From: Acidimicrobiia bacterium
GTDB taxonomy: Bacteria; Actinomycetota; Acidimicrobiia; Acidimicrobiales; Bin134
Assembly (NCBI GenBank): GCA_022827725.1
Contig: JAJEIJ010000036.1
Span: forward strand, 990 to 64,989
Length of the DNA: 64,000 nt
Reading direction: 5' to 3'
How positions within the stretch are numbered: the stretch's first letter is position 1; every line of letters starts with the position of its first letter. The notes under the pieces are model-generated. The model was not told the origin of the DNA and made no database searches. It saw nothing but the letters and a program-made list of their open reading frames with translations. The position numbers and the translations under genes are program-made. Below are positions 8,913-17,381 of the stretch, in pieces.

Positions 8913-9647
8913 ATGAACAGATTGGGCCTCGGTGTTCTAGCCGGGGTTCTTGCCTGGTTGGTGACAGGATGCGGGGGTGGAGGCGAGACCACAGTGACGG
9001 TGTACGCGGCAGCGTCTCTGTCGGAGGCGTTCGAGGACTTGGCTGAGGAGTACGAAGCCGCCAACCCCGATGTCGACGTGAAGCTCAACTTCGCGGGCAG
9101 CGCTCGGCTGGCCGCCCAAATCAGCGCCGGCGCCCGGGCTGACGTGTTCGCATCGGCCAACGGCGCCAACATGAGCCGGGTTGTGGCCGAAGGGCGCACC
9201 GCCGCACTCCCCGTCTTGTTCGCCCGCAACCGACTGGCCTTGGTGGTGCCAGTGGACAATCCCGGCGATGTCACCGAATTGGAAGACCTGTCAGATGACA
9301 GTTTGGTACTGGCGATGTGCGCCCCCGAGGTGCCCTGCGGCGCCCTCGCCCAGGCTGTGCTGGCCGACGCCGGAGTAAACGCCAACCCCGACACCGAGGA
9401 GACCAGTGTGCGGGCCGTGCTCACCAAGGTGACGCTGGGAGAAGCCGACGCCGGGCTGGTGTATGCCACCGACGTGGCGGCCGGCGGGAACAAAGTGGCC
9501 ACCGTGCCCCTCGGCCCCCAGATCAGGGTCAACGACTACCCAGTGGTGGCGGTCAGCGATCGGGCCGTTGCCGCCGATTTTGTGGATTTCATCCTCGGTC
9601 CTGATGGCCAGCGCATCCTCTGGACCCACGGATTCGATTTCCCATGA
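8913..9647 (+). CDS. modA: Molybdate ABC transporter substrate-binding lipoprotein
   Basis: 244 aa. Lipobox LVTGCGG. VYAAASLSEAFEDL...NFAGSARLAAQI...ADVFASAN is the ModA pattern. Confidence 0.85.
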   Translation: MNRLGLGVLAGVLAWLVTGCGGGGETTVTVYAAASLSEAFEDLAEEYEAANPDVDVKLNFAGSARLAAQISAGARADVFASANGANMSRVVAEGRTAALPVLFARNRLALVVPVDNPGDVTELEDLSDDSLVLAMCAPEVPCGALAQAVLADAGVNANPDTEETSVRAVLTKVTLGEADAGLVYATDVAAGGNKVATVPLGPQIRVNDYPVVAVSDRAVAADFVDFILGPDGQRILWTHGFDFP

Positions 9648-10498
9648 CCGACCGTTCCTCCCCCAAAGAGCCCAATCGCAGGCCGCCTATCGCTGTCCTC
9701 CTGGCAGCCATCATCGCGGTGGCCGTCTTGGCGCTGCCCCTGGTGGGCCTGTTGCAGCGAACGCCATGGTCAACACTGGGCACCAGGCTGGGCGAGACGG
9801 CCACCCTGGAGGCCCTGCGGGTGTCGGTGGTGGTTTCGCTTCTGGCCGCGGCGGTCTCGATGGTGCTGGGGCTGCCCTTGGCCTGGGTGCTGGCCCGGCT
9901 GACGTTTCGGGGGCGGGCGCTGGTGCGGGCCATCGTGCTACTGCCCATGGTGCTGCCCCCGGTGGTGGGCGGGATCGCCCTGTTCTTCGCCCTCGGCCGA
10001 AAGGGGCTGGTCGGCCGGGCGTTGCAAGACTGGTTCGGCGTCGACACCCTCATCGGCACCACCGCCGGCGCAGTGATCGCCGCTGCGTTCGTGTCGATGC
10101 CGTTCTTCGTGATCACCGCCGAGGCCGGCCTGCGCCAGCTCGACACCCGGCTTGAGTCGGCCGCCTCCACCCTGGGCGCCGAACGCTGGACCGTGCTGCG
10201 CCGCATCACGCTGCCGCTGCTGGCCCCGTCGCTGGCCGCAGGGGCCACCCTGTCGTGGGCCCGGGCCCTCGGCGAGTTCGGGGCCACCATCACCTTCGCC
10301 GGCAACCACCCGGGCCGCACTCGCACACTGCCCCTGGCCATTGCCCAAGCCAACGAGGCCGGGCAGCCCGAGGCGGCCATCGCCATGTCGGTGCTGCTAA
10401 TCGGGGTGTCACTGCTCATCCTCATCGGTCTGCGCCACCGCTGGATCGCCCCCCGCACCAGCCAACCCGATACCTCGTCGGAGACGTCGCCCTCATGA
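9644..10498 (+). CDS. modB: Molybdate ABC transporter permease
   Basis: 284 aa, multi-TM, with an EAA-loop-like region (ESAASTLGAERWTVLRRITLP). 4-bp overlaps with modA and modC. Confidence 0.8.
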   Translation: MTDRSSPKEPNRRPPIAVLLAAIIAVAVLALPLVGLLQRTPWSTLGTRLGETATLEALRVSVVVSLLAAAVSMVLGLPLAWVLARLTFRGRALVRAIVLLPMVLPPVVGGIALFFALGRKGLVGRALQDWFGVDTLIGTTAGAVIAAAFVSMPFFVITAEAGLRQLDTRLESAASTLGAERWTVLRRITLPLLAPSLAAGATLSWARALGEFGATITFAGNHPGRTRTLPLAIAQANEAGQPEAAIAMSVLLIGVSLLILIGLRHRWIAPRTSQPDTSSETSPS

Positions 10499-11535
10499 GC
10501 ATCCAGGCTGAGATCCATGCCGCCACCGGAGGCTTTGCTATCCACGCCGCGTTCGATGCACCCACCGGGAGCTGTACCGCCATCGTCGGCCCCAACGGGG
10601 CGGGCAAGACCACCCTGGTTCACGCGCTCGCCGGTCTGATCCCGCTGCGGCAAGGCAAGATCGTGCTGGCTGGTCAGGTGGTCGAAGATCCTGCCCAAGG
10701 CATCCAGACACCACCCGACCGCCGGCCCATCGCCCTTCACAGCCAGCACAACCTGCTGTTTCCCCACCTCAGCGTGGTAGACAACGTGGCGTTCGGCCCC
10801 CGGTGTGCGGGCCTGGCCGCTCGTCCGGCTCGCCAGCGGGCCGAGGAATGGCTCAGCAGGGTCGGCCTGGCCGACCTGGCCGGACTGCGTCCCGCGCAGC
10901 TCTCAGGCGGGCAGGCCCAGCGGGTGGGCTTGGCCCGGGCCGCGGCCTGCCAACCCGCCGTTCTGCTCCTCGATGAGTCCCTGGCCTCCCTCGACGCTGA
11001 AACCCGCACCGACGTGCGCCACTTGCTAGCCGATATCGAGGCCACCCGGGTTCTGATCACCCACGATCCGGTGGAAACCAGGGTGCTGGCCGACCAGCTC
11101 TTGGTGATGGAAAAGGGTGAGATCGTGCAGACCGGCACCCCTGAGGAGGTGGCCGCCGATCCCCGCACTCCGTGGACCGCCGGGCTGCTCGACATCAACC
11201 TTCTCACCGGTACCGCCGCGGGCACCGAAGTAGCCCTCGACAGCGGCATCGCCCTCACCACGGCAACCCCAATGACCGGGCCGGTGCTGGTCACCTTCTC
11301 CCCCGCGGCCGTCACCCTTTCAACGGTTGAGCCCCACACCAGCGCCCGTAACACCTGGGAGGCCGAAGTGGCCCGCATCCAGCCCGAGAGCGACCGGGTC
11401 AGGGTACTTCTGGGGGCCCCAGTGCCCTGTCAGGCATGGGTCACACCCCAGGCGGTGGGCGAGTTGGGACTGAGTGCTGGCTCACGGTGCTGGGCCGCCC
11501 TCAAAGCCACTGAATTGACCGTCCGAGAGGCCTAG
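10495..11535 (+). CDS. modC: Molybdate ABC transporter ATP-binding protein with C-terminal TOBE/Mop-like domain
   Basis: In-frame ATG 10495 (ATGA overlap with the modB stop) within ORF 10255..11535. Walker A GPNGAGKTT, LSGGQAQRV, LLLDES. Confidence 0.8.
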   Translation: MSIQAEIHAATGGFAIHAAFDAPTGSCTAIVGPNGAGKTTLVHALAGLIPLRQGKIVLAGQVVEDPAQGIQTPPDRRPIALHSQHNLLFPHLSVVDNVAFGPRCAGLAARPARQRAEEWLSRVGLADLAGLRPAQLSGGQAQRVGLARAAACQPAVLLLDESLASLDAETRTDVRHLLADIEATRVLITHDPVETRVLADQLLVMEKGEIVQTGTPEEVAADPRTPWTAGLLDINLLTGTAAGTEVALDSGIALTTATPMTGPVLVTFSPAAVTLSTVEPHTSARNTWEAEVARIQPESDRVRVLLGAPVPCQAWVTPQAVGELGLSAGSRCWAALKATELTVREA

Positions 11536-11539
11536 TTCG

Positions 11540-11557
11540 CGCGCGCGGACGCGCGCG
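11540..11557 (+). terminator. GC-only hairpin (7-bp CG stem, ggac loop) just after the modC stop
   Basis: cgcgcgc-ggac-gcgcgcg read directly. No U-tract follows, so terminator function is uncertain. Confidence 0.35.
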
Positions 11558-11716
11558 TAAAAGGGCCTTCTTGAGCACCTTGAAAAATTCCTTGGGCGCG
11601 AAACCCCTGGTAAGAGAGTCGCGCTGAAGAAGTTCATTGATGAAGTTTCCCTGATGTAATTACACTTTGAGAACTTCGCGCTTGCAGCATCCAAGCCTCG
11701 TTCTCAGGGGGGACTG

Positions 11717-14143
11717 ATGACACTCATACAGGAGCCATTGGCCGCAGTGGGCAGCAATGGGGCCGATGCCGACCAAAACGGAGAGCATGCTTCCAGCGAT
11801 ACCGGGATGCGGGTGCGCAAGCGCAACGGCGAACTGGAGCCGGTGGACGTCAACAAGATCGTCAACGCGGTGGCCCGATGCGCCGAGGGACTAGTGGGAG
11901 TCGACCCGATGCGGGTGGCTACCCGGACCATCTCCGCCCTGGCCGATGGGGCCACCACCCGAGAGCTCGACGAGCTGTCCATCCGCACCGCGGCCGGGCT
12001 GATCGTTACCGAGCCGAATTACTCCAGGCTGGCCGCCCGTCTCCTGTCCACCTGCATCGACAAAGAGGTCCGCAACCAGAACATTCCCTGGTTCACCGAG
12101 TCGATCAAAACCGGCCACAGCCTGGGCTTGATCAGCGATGAGACTGCCGATTTCGCCGAGAAACACGCCCCGGCGCTGAACGCCTCCATCAGCTCGCTGC
12201 GCGATCGGAACTTCGAATTCTTCGGCCTGCGCACGGTGTACGACCGCTACCTGCTGCGCCACCCCGACACCCGCCAAGTGATCGAGACCCCGCAGTACTT
12301 CTTCTTGCGGGTGGCCTGCGGCCTCTCCGCCGATGCCGACGAGGCGATCGCCTTCTACGACCTGATGAGCTCGCTGGCCTACCTGCCGTCGAGCCCCACG
12401 CTGTTCAACTCGGGCACCGCCCACCCGCAGATGTCGTCGTGCTACCTGCTCGACTCCCCCACCGACAGCCTCGAGGGCATCTACCAGCGCTATACCGACA
12501 TCGCCCGGCTGTCGAAGTTCGCCGGCGGCATCGGCGTGGCCTGGCACCGCATTCGCTCTAAGGGGTCGCTCATCCGGGGTACCAACGGCCTGTCCAACGG
12601 CATCGTGCCTTGGCTCAAGACCCTGGACAGCTCGGTGGCCGCCGTCAATCAGGGCGGCAAGCGCAAGGGCGCGGCTTGCGTCTACCTGGAGTCATGGCAC
12701 GCCGATATCGAGGACTTCTTGGAACTCAAGGAGAACACCGGCGACCACAACCGCCGAGCCCACAATCTGAATTTGGCCAACTGGGTTCCCGATCTGTTCA
12801 TGGAGCGGGTGGAGAAAGACTGGCAGTGGTCGCTGTTCGACCCCAAGAAGGTCCCCCACTTCACCGACCTGTACGGCGATGAGTTCCGCGAGGCCTACGA
12901 GGAGGCTGAGCGCGAGAAGCTGTACGAGGTCCAGCTCCCCGCCCGCCAGCTCTACAGCCGCATGATGCGGTGCCTGGCCCAAACCGGCAACGGGTGGATG
13001 ACGTTCAAAGACGCCTCCAACCTGCGCTGCAACCAGACCGGCCAAGAGGGCCGCACCGTACACCTGTCCAACCTGTGTACCGAGATCATCGAGGTCACCA
13101 GCGACGACGAGACCGCGGTGTGCAACCTGGGGTCGGTCAATCTGGGAGAGTTCGTCGACACCGACAGCGGCAAGATGGACTTCGAGCGGCTCGGGAATGT
13201 GATCCGCACCGTGGTGCCCTTCTTGGACCGGGTGATCGACATCAACTTCTATCCCACCACCGAGGCGGCCAACTCCAACGCCAAGTGGCGCCCGGTGGGC
13301 CTGGGCCTGATGGGCCTCCAAGACGTGTTCTTCCATCTGGCCATGCCGTTCGACAGCGATGAGGCCCGCCAACTGTCGGCCCGCATCTCCGAGGAGATCT
13401 ACTTCAACGCCCTGTGGGCCTCCACCGAGCTGGCCGAAAAGCACGGACCCCATCCGGCGTTCGCCGAGACTCGGGCGGCCGTCGGCCAGCTCCAGTTCGA
13501 CCTGTGGGACAAGGAGTCATCCGATCCGGCCCGATGGCAGACGCTGCGGGACCGCATCGCCGAGCACGGTCTGCGCAACTCCCTGCTCATCGCCATCGCC
13601 CCCACCGCCACCATCGCCTCCATCGCCGGGTGCTACGAGTGCATAGAGCCCCAGGTGTCCAACCTGTTCAAGCGGGAGACCCTCTCCGGGGAGTTCTTGC
13701 AGATAAACCGCTACCTGGTGCGCGACCTTCAGGAATTGGGCCTGTGGGACGACCAAATGATCGCCGACGTGAAGCGCTCCGAGGGTTCGGTGGCCGACAT
13801 CGAGCGCATCCCCGACGGTCTCAAGGCGGTATACCGCACCGCCTGGGAACTCCCCCAGCGTTCCCTCATCGACATGGCCGCCGACCGAGGGGCGTTCATC
13901 GACCAGTCCCAGTCGCTGAACCTGTTCATGGAGTCGCCCACCATCGGCAAGCTCAGTTCCATGTATCTGCACGCGTGGAAGGCCGGACTGAAAACCACCT
14001 ACTACCTGAGATCCCGGCCAGCCACCCGAATCAACCAAACCACCACCGGCGGTCCCGATGGCGCGACCGCCGCCCCGGTTCCCGACGCCGAGGCGGTGGC
14101 CTGCTCATTGGAAAACCCCGAAATGTGTGAGGCATGCGACTGA
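11717..14143 (+). CDS. nrdA: Ribonucleoside-diphosphate reductase alpha subunit (class I, with ATP-cone)
   Basis: 808 aa. ATP-cone-like MRVRKRNGELEPVDVNKIV. Catalytic-core motifs (NLCTEI, C-terminal CxxC-type tail CEAC). Strong RBS gggggga. Followed by nrdB. Confidence 0.9.
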   Translation: MTLIQEPLAAVGSNGADADQNGEHASSDTGMRVRKRNGELEPVDVNKIVNAVARCAEGLVGVDPMRVATRTISALADGATTRELDELSIRTAAGLIVTEPNYSRLAARLLSTCIDKEVRNQNIPWFTESIKTGHSLGLISDETADFAEKHAPALNASISSLRDRNFEFFGLRTVYDRYLLRHPDTRQVIETPQYFFLRVACGLSADADEAIAFYDLMSSLAYLPSSPTLFNSGTAHPQMSSCYLLDSPTDSLEGIYQRYTDIARLSKFAGGIGVAWHRIRSKGSLIRGTNGLSNGIVPWLKTLDSSVAAVNQGGKRKGAACVYLESWHADIEDFLELKENTGDHNRRAHNLNLANWVPDLFMERVEKDWQWSLFDPKKVPHFTDLYGDEFREAYEEAEREKLYEVQLPARQLYSRMMRCLAQTGNGWMTFKDASNLRCNQTGQEGRTVHLSNLCTEIIEVTSDDETAVCNLGSVNLGEFVDTDSGKMDFERLGNVIRTVVPFLDRVIDINFYPTTEAANSNAKWRPVGLGLMGLQDVFFHLAMPFDSDEARQLSARISEEIYFNALWASTELAEKHGPHPAFAETRAAVGQLQFDLWDKESSDPARWQTLRDRIAEHGLRNSLLIAIAPTATIASIAGCYECIEPQVSNLFKRETLSGEFLQINRYLVRDLQELGLWDDQMIADVKRSEGSVADIERIPDGLKAVYRTAWELPQRSLIDMAADRGAFIDQSQSLNLFMESPTIGKLSSMYLHAWKAGLKTTYYLRSRPATRINQTTTGGPDGATAAPVPDAEAVACSLENPEMCEACD

Positions 14144-15231
14144 TGGCACTGGCAGAAACCCCTTTCCTTGAAAAAGACCTGGGCCTCAGCCCGGCGCCTG
14201 AGGCGGCACCTGCGGCCGTACCAGCCCAGGGACGCATCCTCGATCCCGGCTTCAATCTGACGCTGCGCCCCATGCGCTATCCACAGTTCTTCGACATGTA
14301 CCGCGACGCCATCAAGAACACCTGGACGGTGGACGAGATCGACTTTTCCGACGACCTGGTCGATTTGGAGCGCACCCTTCTTCCCGCCGAGAAGCATCTG
14401 GTGAACCGACTGGTGGCGTTCTTCGCCACCGGCGACTCCATCGTGGCCAACAACTTGGTGCTGAACCTCTACCAACACGTCAACGCCCCCGAGGCCCGGA
14501 TGTATCTGTCTCGGCAGCTCTATGAGGAGGCGTTGCACGTCCAGTTCTACTTGACGCTGCTCGACAATTACATCCCCGACCTCGCAGAGCGGGAGGCCGC
14601 ATTCGCGGCCATCGACAACATTCCCTCCATCCGCCAGAAGGCCGAGTTCTGCTTCCGGTGGATGAACTCGATGGACGACATCAACCAGTGCGACACCCCT
14701 CAGCAGCGCCGCCAGTTCCTTTTGAACCTGATCTGCTTCGCCACCTGCATCGAGGGGCTGTTCTTCTTCGCCGCGTTCGCCTACGTGTACTTCCTGCGAT
14801 CCAAGGGGCTGTTGAACGGGCTGGCCGCCGGCACCAACTGGGTGTTCCGCGACGAAAGCTGCCACATGAACTTCGCCCTTGAGGTGGTGAACACGGTTCG
14901 GGCCGAGGAACCCGAGCTGTTCGACGCCGAGCTCAGCGAGCAGGTCACCACCATGATCCGCGAGGCGGTCGACTGCGAGTACCAGTTCGCCGAGGACCTG
15001 CTGGGCCAGGGCGTGCCCGGCATGTCGGTGGCCGACACCCGCCGCTACCTCGAGTTCGTCGCCGACCAGCGCCTCACCCAGCTCGGGCTGCCCAAGCAGT
15101 TCGGGGCCAAGAACCCGTTCTCGTTCATGGAGCTCCAAGACGTGCAAGAGCTGACCAACTTCTTCGAGCGCACCGTGGCCTCCTACCAGGTAGGTGTCGA
15201 GGGCGACGTCGCCTTCGACGAGGACTTCTAG
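14134..15231 (+). CDS. nrdB: Ribonucleoside-diphosphate reductase beta subunit
   Basis: 365 aa. Di-iron/tyrosyl pattern EEALHVQFY (E..H...Y) and RDESCHMNF. The start is either ATG 14134 or ATG 14143 (TGATG overlap with the nrdA stop). Confidence 0.9.
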   Translation: MRLMALAETPFLEKDLGLSPAPEAAPAAVPAQGRILDPGFNLTLRPMRYPQFFDMYRDAIKNTWTVDEIDFSDDLVDLERTLLPAEKHLVNRLVAFFATGDSIVANNLVLNLYQHVNAPEARMYLSRQLYEEALHVQFYLTLLDNYIPDLAEREAAFAAIDNIPSIRQKAEFCFRWMNSMDDINQCDTPQQRRQFLLNLICFATCIEGLFFFAAFAYVYFLRSKGLLNGLAAGTNWVFRDESCHMNFALEVVNTVRAEEPELFDAELSEQVTTMIREAVDCEYQFAEDLLGQGVPGMSVADTRRYLEFVADQRLTQLGLPKQFGAKNPFSFMELQDVQELTNFFERTVASYQVGVEGDVAFDEDF

Positions 15232-15276
15232 CAGATGTTCGTTGCGGTCTCCGAGGCCGCACAGGTAGGATTCGTG

Positions 15277-15345
15277 TGGACCTGGAGGGAATCGAACCCT
15301 CGCGATGGGCTGTCAAAACCGGGTCGCCTCGCCATGAGCAGGCCC
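15277..15345 (-). other. tRNA-like minihelix / degenerate tRNA (acceptor stem plus T-arm intact, no foldable anticodon or D arm)
   Basis: Minus-strand RNA: GGGCCTG..(37 nt)..GAGGG-TTCGATT-CCCTC-CAGGTCC-A. 7-bp acceptor stem (one G-U) and a canonical T-arm. I could not find any 5/7/5 anticodon arm in the 37-nt middle. Confidence 0.5.
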
Positions 15346-15372
15346 ACCGCAGGAGCATAGCTCTTGCAATGG

Positions 15373-15414
15373 AATATGGCCGAACCACTTTTGGTTCGGC
15401 CATATTTCTTTTGA
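15373..15414 (+). terminator. Intrinsic terminator downstream of nrdAB
   Basis: Perfect 15-bp inverted repeat AATATGGCCGAACCA-cttt-TGGTTCGGCCATATT, followed by tcttttg. Confidence 0.75.
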
Positions 15415-15465
15415 TATATTGAAAATGAGTGAAATATCTTGAAAGGGGGCTATCGACGGTGGCGT

Positions 15466-17340
15466 CTAGGCCCCTGGCCGCAGTAGGTCCAGCAAGGCGC
15501 GGGCCTGTTCAGGTTCCCACTCCGACTCGCGGAGTTGGTCGGCAGCCACTTTGAGTCCAGCCACTTTGAGCAGCACATCCTCGTCCGCTACGCCAGTGCG
15601 GGCTTGGCGCCCCAGATGGACCAATTGCCGTTGGGCTGACTCGTACACCAGCCGCGCCATGACGACGTCCTGTTGACGGGGGTTGGTTCGCAGCTCCTCG
15701 TCTTCAAATACCAACAGCTCCTGCATCAGCGAGACGAGCCTCGGCTCGGCCTCAGCCAACAGCACTTCCAAAGCCGAGTACTCCAACAGCGCCTCAAAGG
15801 CTTCCCAGTACAACGGGTAGTGGAACATTTCGGAATCGACATCTGCCCACACCGCAGCGGGCACGTTGACCGCCAGCCACAACACTTGACGTTCCACATT
15901 GTTGGGAGGACGTCCGTGCAGAGCTGCTTCGGTCTCATGGCGCTCGCCTCGGTCAGATTCGTATTCCGCGTCCGCCGGATGGGGAGAGCGATCGTCGGGC
16001 GCGTCCTGTTGGCGGAGAGCGCGAGAACCAGATCGAGACGGACGATAGTTGGCGGCAATGGTACGAAGACGGTCCAAGTCACCAGGCTGGTCTTGCTGGC
16101 ACAGCGTGGCGATTTCGACCAAAAAGGGATCCCGCACCATTGGATTCCTTATCGGGGACACGATCTCGGCACCCCGTTCCGCAGCCTGGAAACGACCCGT
16201 TGGGGTTGTAAGGTCAATTTGGGATATAGCCCGGGTGTAGCGAAAGCGCGGAAAGGGAATGGCATCACGGATCGCTGTTTCCAATCGCTTTGGATCACTC
16301 TGAGCCAAGTCACCAGGGTCGGTGCCTTCTGGAAGGTCAGCCACCTTCACTACAACGTCGCCTTCCCACTGCAAGAATCGCTCAGCTGCGTCGCTTCCCG
16401 CAGTGTCCGGGTCGAACGCTAGGACGACACAGCCGGCGTACCGGCGCAACATCTGAATGTGTTCATCGGTTGCCGCAGTGCCGCAAGTGGCCACTGCTCG
16501 GGAGATGCCGGCTTGGGCGAAGCCGATCACGTCGGTGTAGCCCTCGCACACGATCACTTCGCCGGCGTTCACAATGCCCTGTTTGGCCCAGTTGAGGCCG
16601 TACAGCACTCGGGACTTGCGATACACGGCGTTGTCCACCGAGTTCTTGTACTTGGGCCCCTCCCCACCGGGCAAGACGCGACCTCCGAACCCCACCGGCT
16701 TGCCGCTGGGGTCGAAGATGGGGAACAGGAGCCGGGCTCGGAAGCTGTCTTGGATGCGCCTGCCCTTGTTGCGGAACCCCAGTCCGGCGTCGGAGAACAC
16801 CTGCACTGGCATCCCCCCGTCTTTGCCCACCCCGAGGTCGGCGGCCAGCGCGTCCCAGTCGTCGGGGGCCCATCCCAGCTTGTACTGGCGCACGATGTCG
16901 CCGTCGTAGCCCCGGTGGCGGAGGTAACCGCGGGCCTGTCCTGCGTCGGGAGAGGTCAGCAGCCGCTGGTGGTACCACTCCACTGCCTGCTCCAGCGCTT
17001 CGGTGAGCTTGCCCCGCTTCTGGCGGTCGGCCCCCTCGCCGGGCGCGGTGTAGCGCAGCGCGATCCCCGACCGTCCGGCCAGCCGCTCTACCGCTTCAAC
17101 GAAATCGGCGTGTTCCACCTCCCGGACAAAGGTGATGGCGTCGCCGCTGGCCTTGCAACCGAAGCAGTGGTACACGCCCATCTCCGCGTTCACCGAGAAC
17201 GACGGGGTCTTCTCCGCGTGGAACGGGCACAGTCCCTGCCAGCGGCGCCCGACCCGCTTCAGCTGTACGTACTCGCTGATGACCGCGACGATGTCCGTCG
17301 CTTCTCTCACCCGGGCCACGTCTTCGTCGTGGATGCCCAC
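15466..17340 (-). CDS. dnaG: DNA primase
   Basis: 624 aa. Zinc-ribbon CPFHAEKTPSFSV..YHCFGCKASGD and Toprim EGYTDV. GTG start. Confidence 0.9.
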   Translation of the reverse strand: MGIHDEDVARVREATDIVAVISEYVQLKRVGRRWQGLCPFHAEKTPSFSVNAEMGVYHCFGCKASGDAITFVREVEHADFVEAVERLAGRSGIALRYTAPGEGADRQKRGKLTEALEQAVEWYHQRLLTSPDAGQARGYLRHRGYDGDIVRQYKLGWAPDDWDALAADLGVGKDGGMPVQVFSDAGLGFRNKGRRIQDSFRARLLFPIFDPSGKPVGFGGRVLPGGEGPKYKNSVDNAVYRKSRVLYGLNWAKQGIVNAGEVIVCEGYTDVIGFAQAGISRAVATCGTAATDEHIQMLRRYAGCVVLAFDPDTAGSDAAERFLQWEGDVVVKVADLPEGTDPGDLAQSDPKRLETAIRDAIPFPRFRYTRAISQIDLTTPTGRFQAAERGAEIVSPIRNPMVRDPFLVEIATLCQQDQPGDLDRLRTIAANYRPSRSGSRALRQQDAPDDRSPHPADAEYESDRGERHETEAALHGRPPNNVERQVLWLAVNVPAAVWADVDSEMFHYPLYWEAFEALLEYSALEVLLAEAEPRLVSLMQELLVFEDEELRTNPRQQDVVMARLVYESAQRQLVHLGRQARTGVADEDVLLKVAGLKVAADQLRESEWEPEQARALLDLLRPGA

Positions 17341-17381
17341 AGAGGGAGATTAGGCCGAACCGATGACAGCTTGGGCAGTCG

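Noticed and set aside
11558-11716. NrdR boxes or a cobalamin riboswitch in the nrdAB leader.
   Set aside because: By eye, no ACAC..GTGT 16-bp NrdR-type palindromes and no B12-box-like GCCACTG core were found. The length (~160 nt) is also short for a cobalamin riboswitch. Kept only as an open question in the findings.
14002-15147. Long antisense ORFs opposite confirmed genes. Examples: 14002-15147 vs nrdB, 9589-10767 vs modB/C, 18961-20301 vs glyS, 26778-27824 vs era, 35658-37139 vs the binding protein, 37268-39685 vs the fused permease, 44810-46318 vs the LLM gene, 58512-59801 vs coxL.
   Set aside because: These are typical shadow ORFs of high-GC DNA. Their products are Arg/Gly/Pro/His-rich low-complexity strings with no recognisable motifs, while the opposite strand carries clear family signatures.
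15277-15345. A genuine tRNA gene, including tRNA-Met (CAT in gctCATgg), tRNA-Sec or a long-variable-arm tRNA.
   Set aside because: With the acceptor and T arms fixed, only 37 nt remain, and no register gives a 5-bp anticodon stem or a D-arm. Extending the 5' end to include the CAT-containing stretch destroys acceptor pairing.
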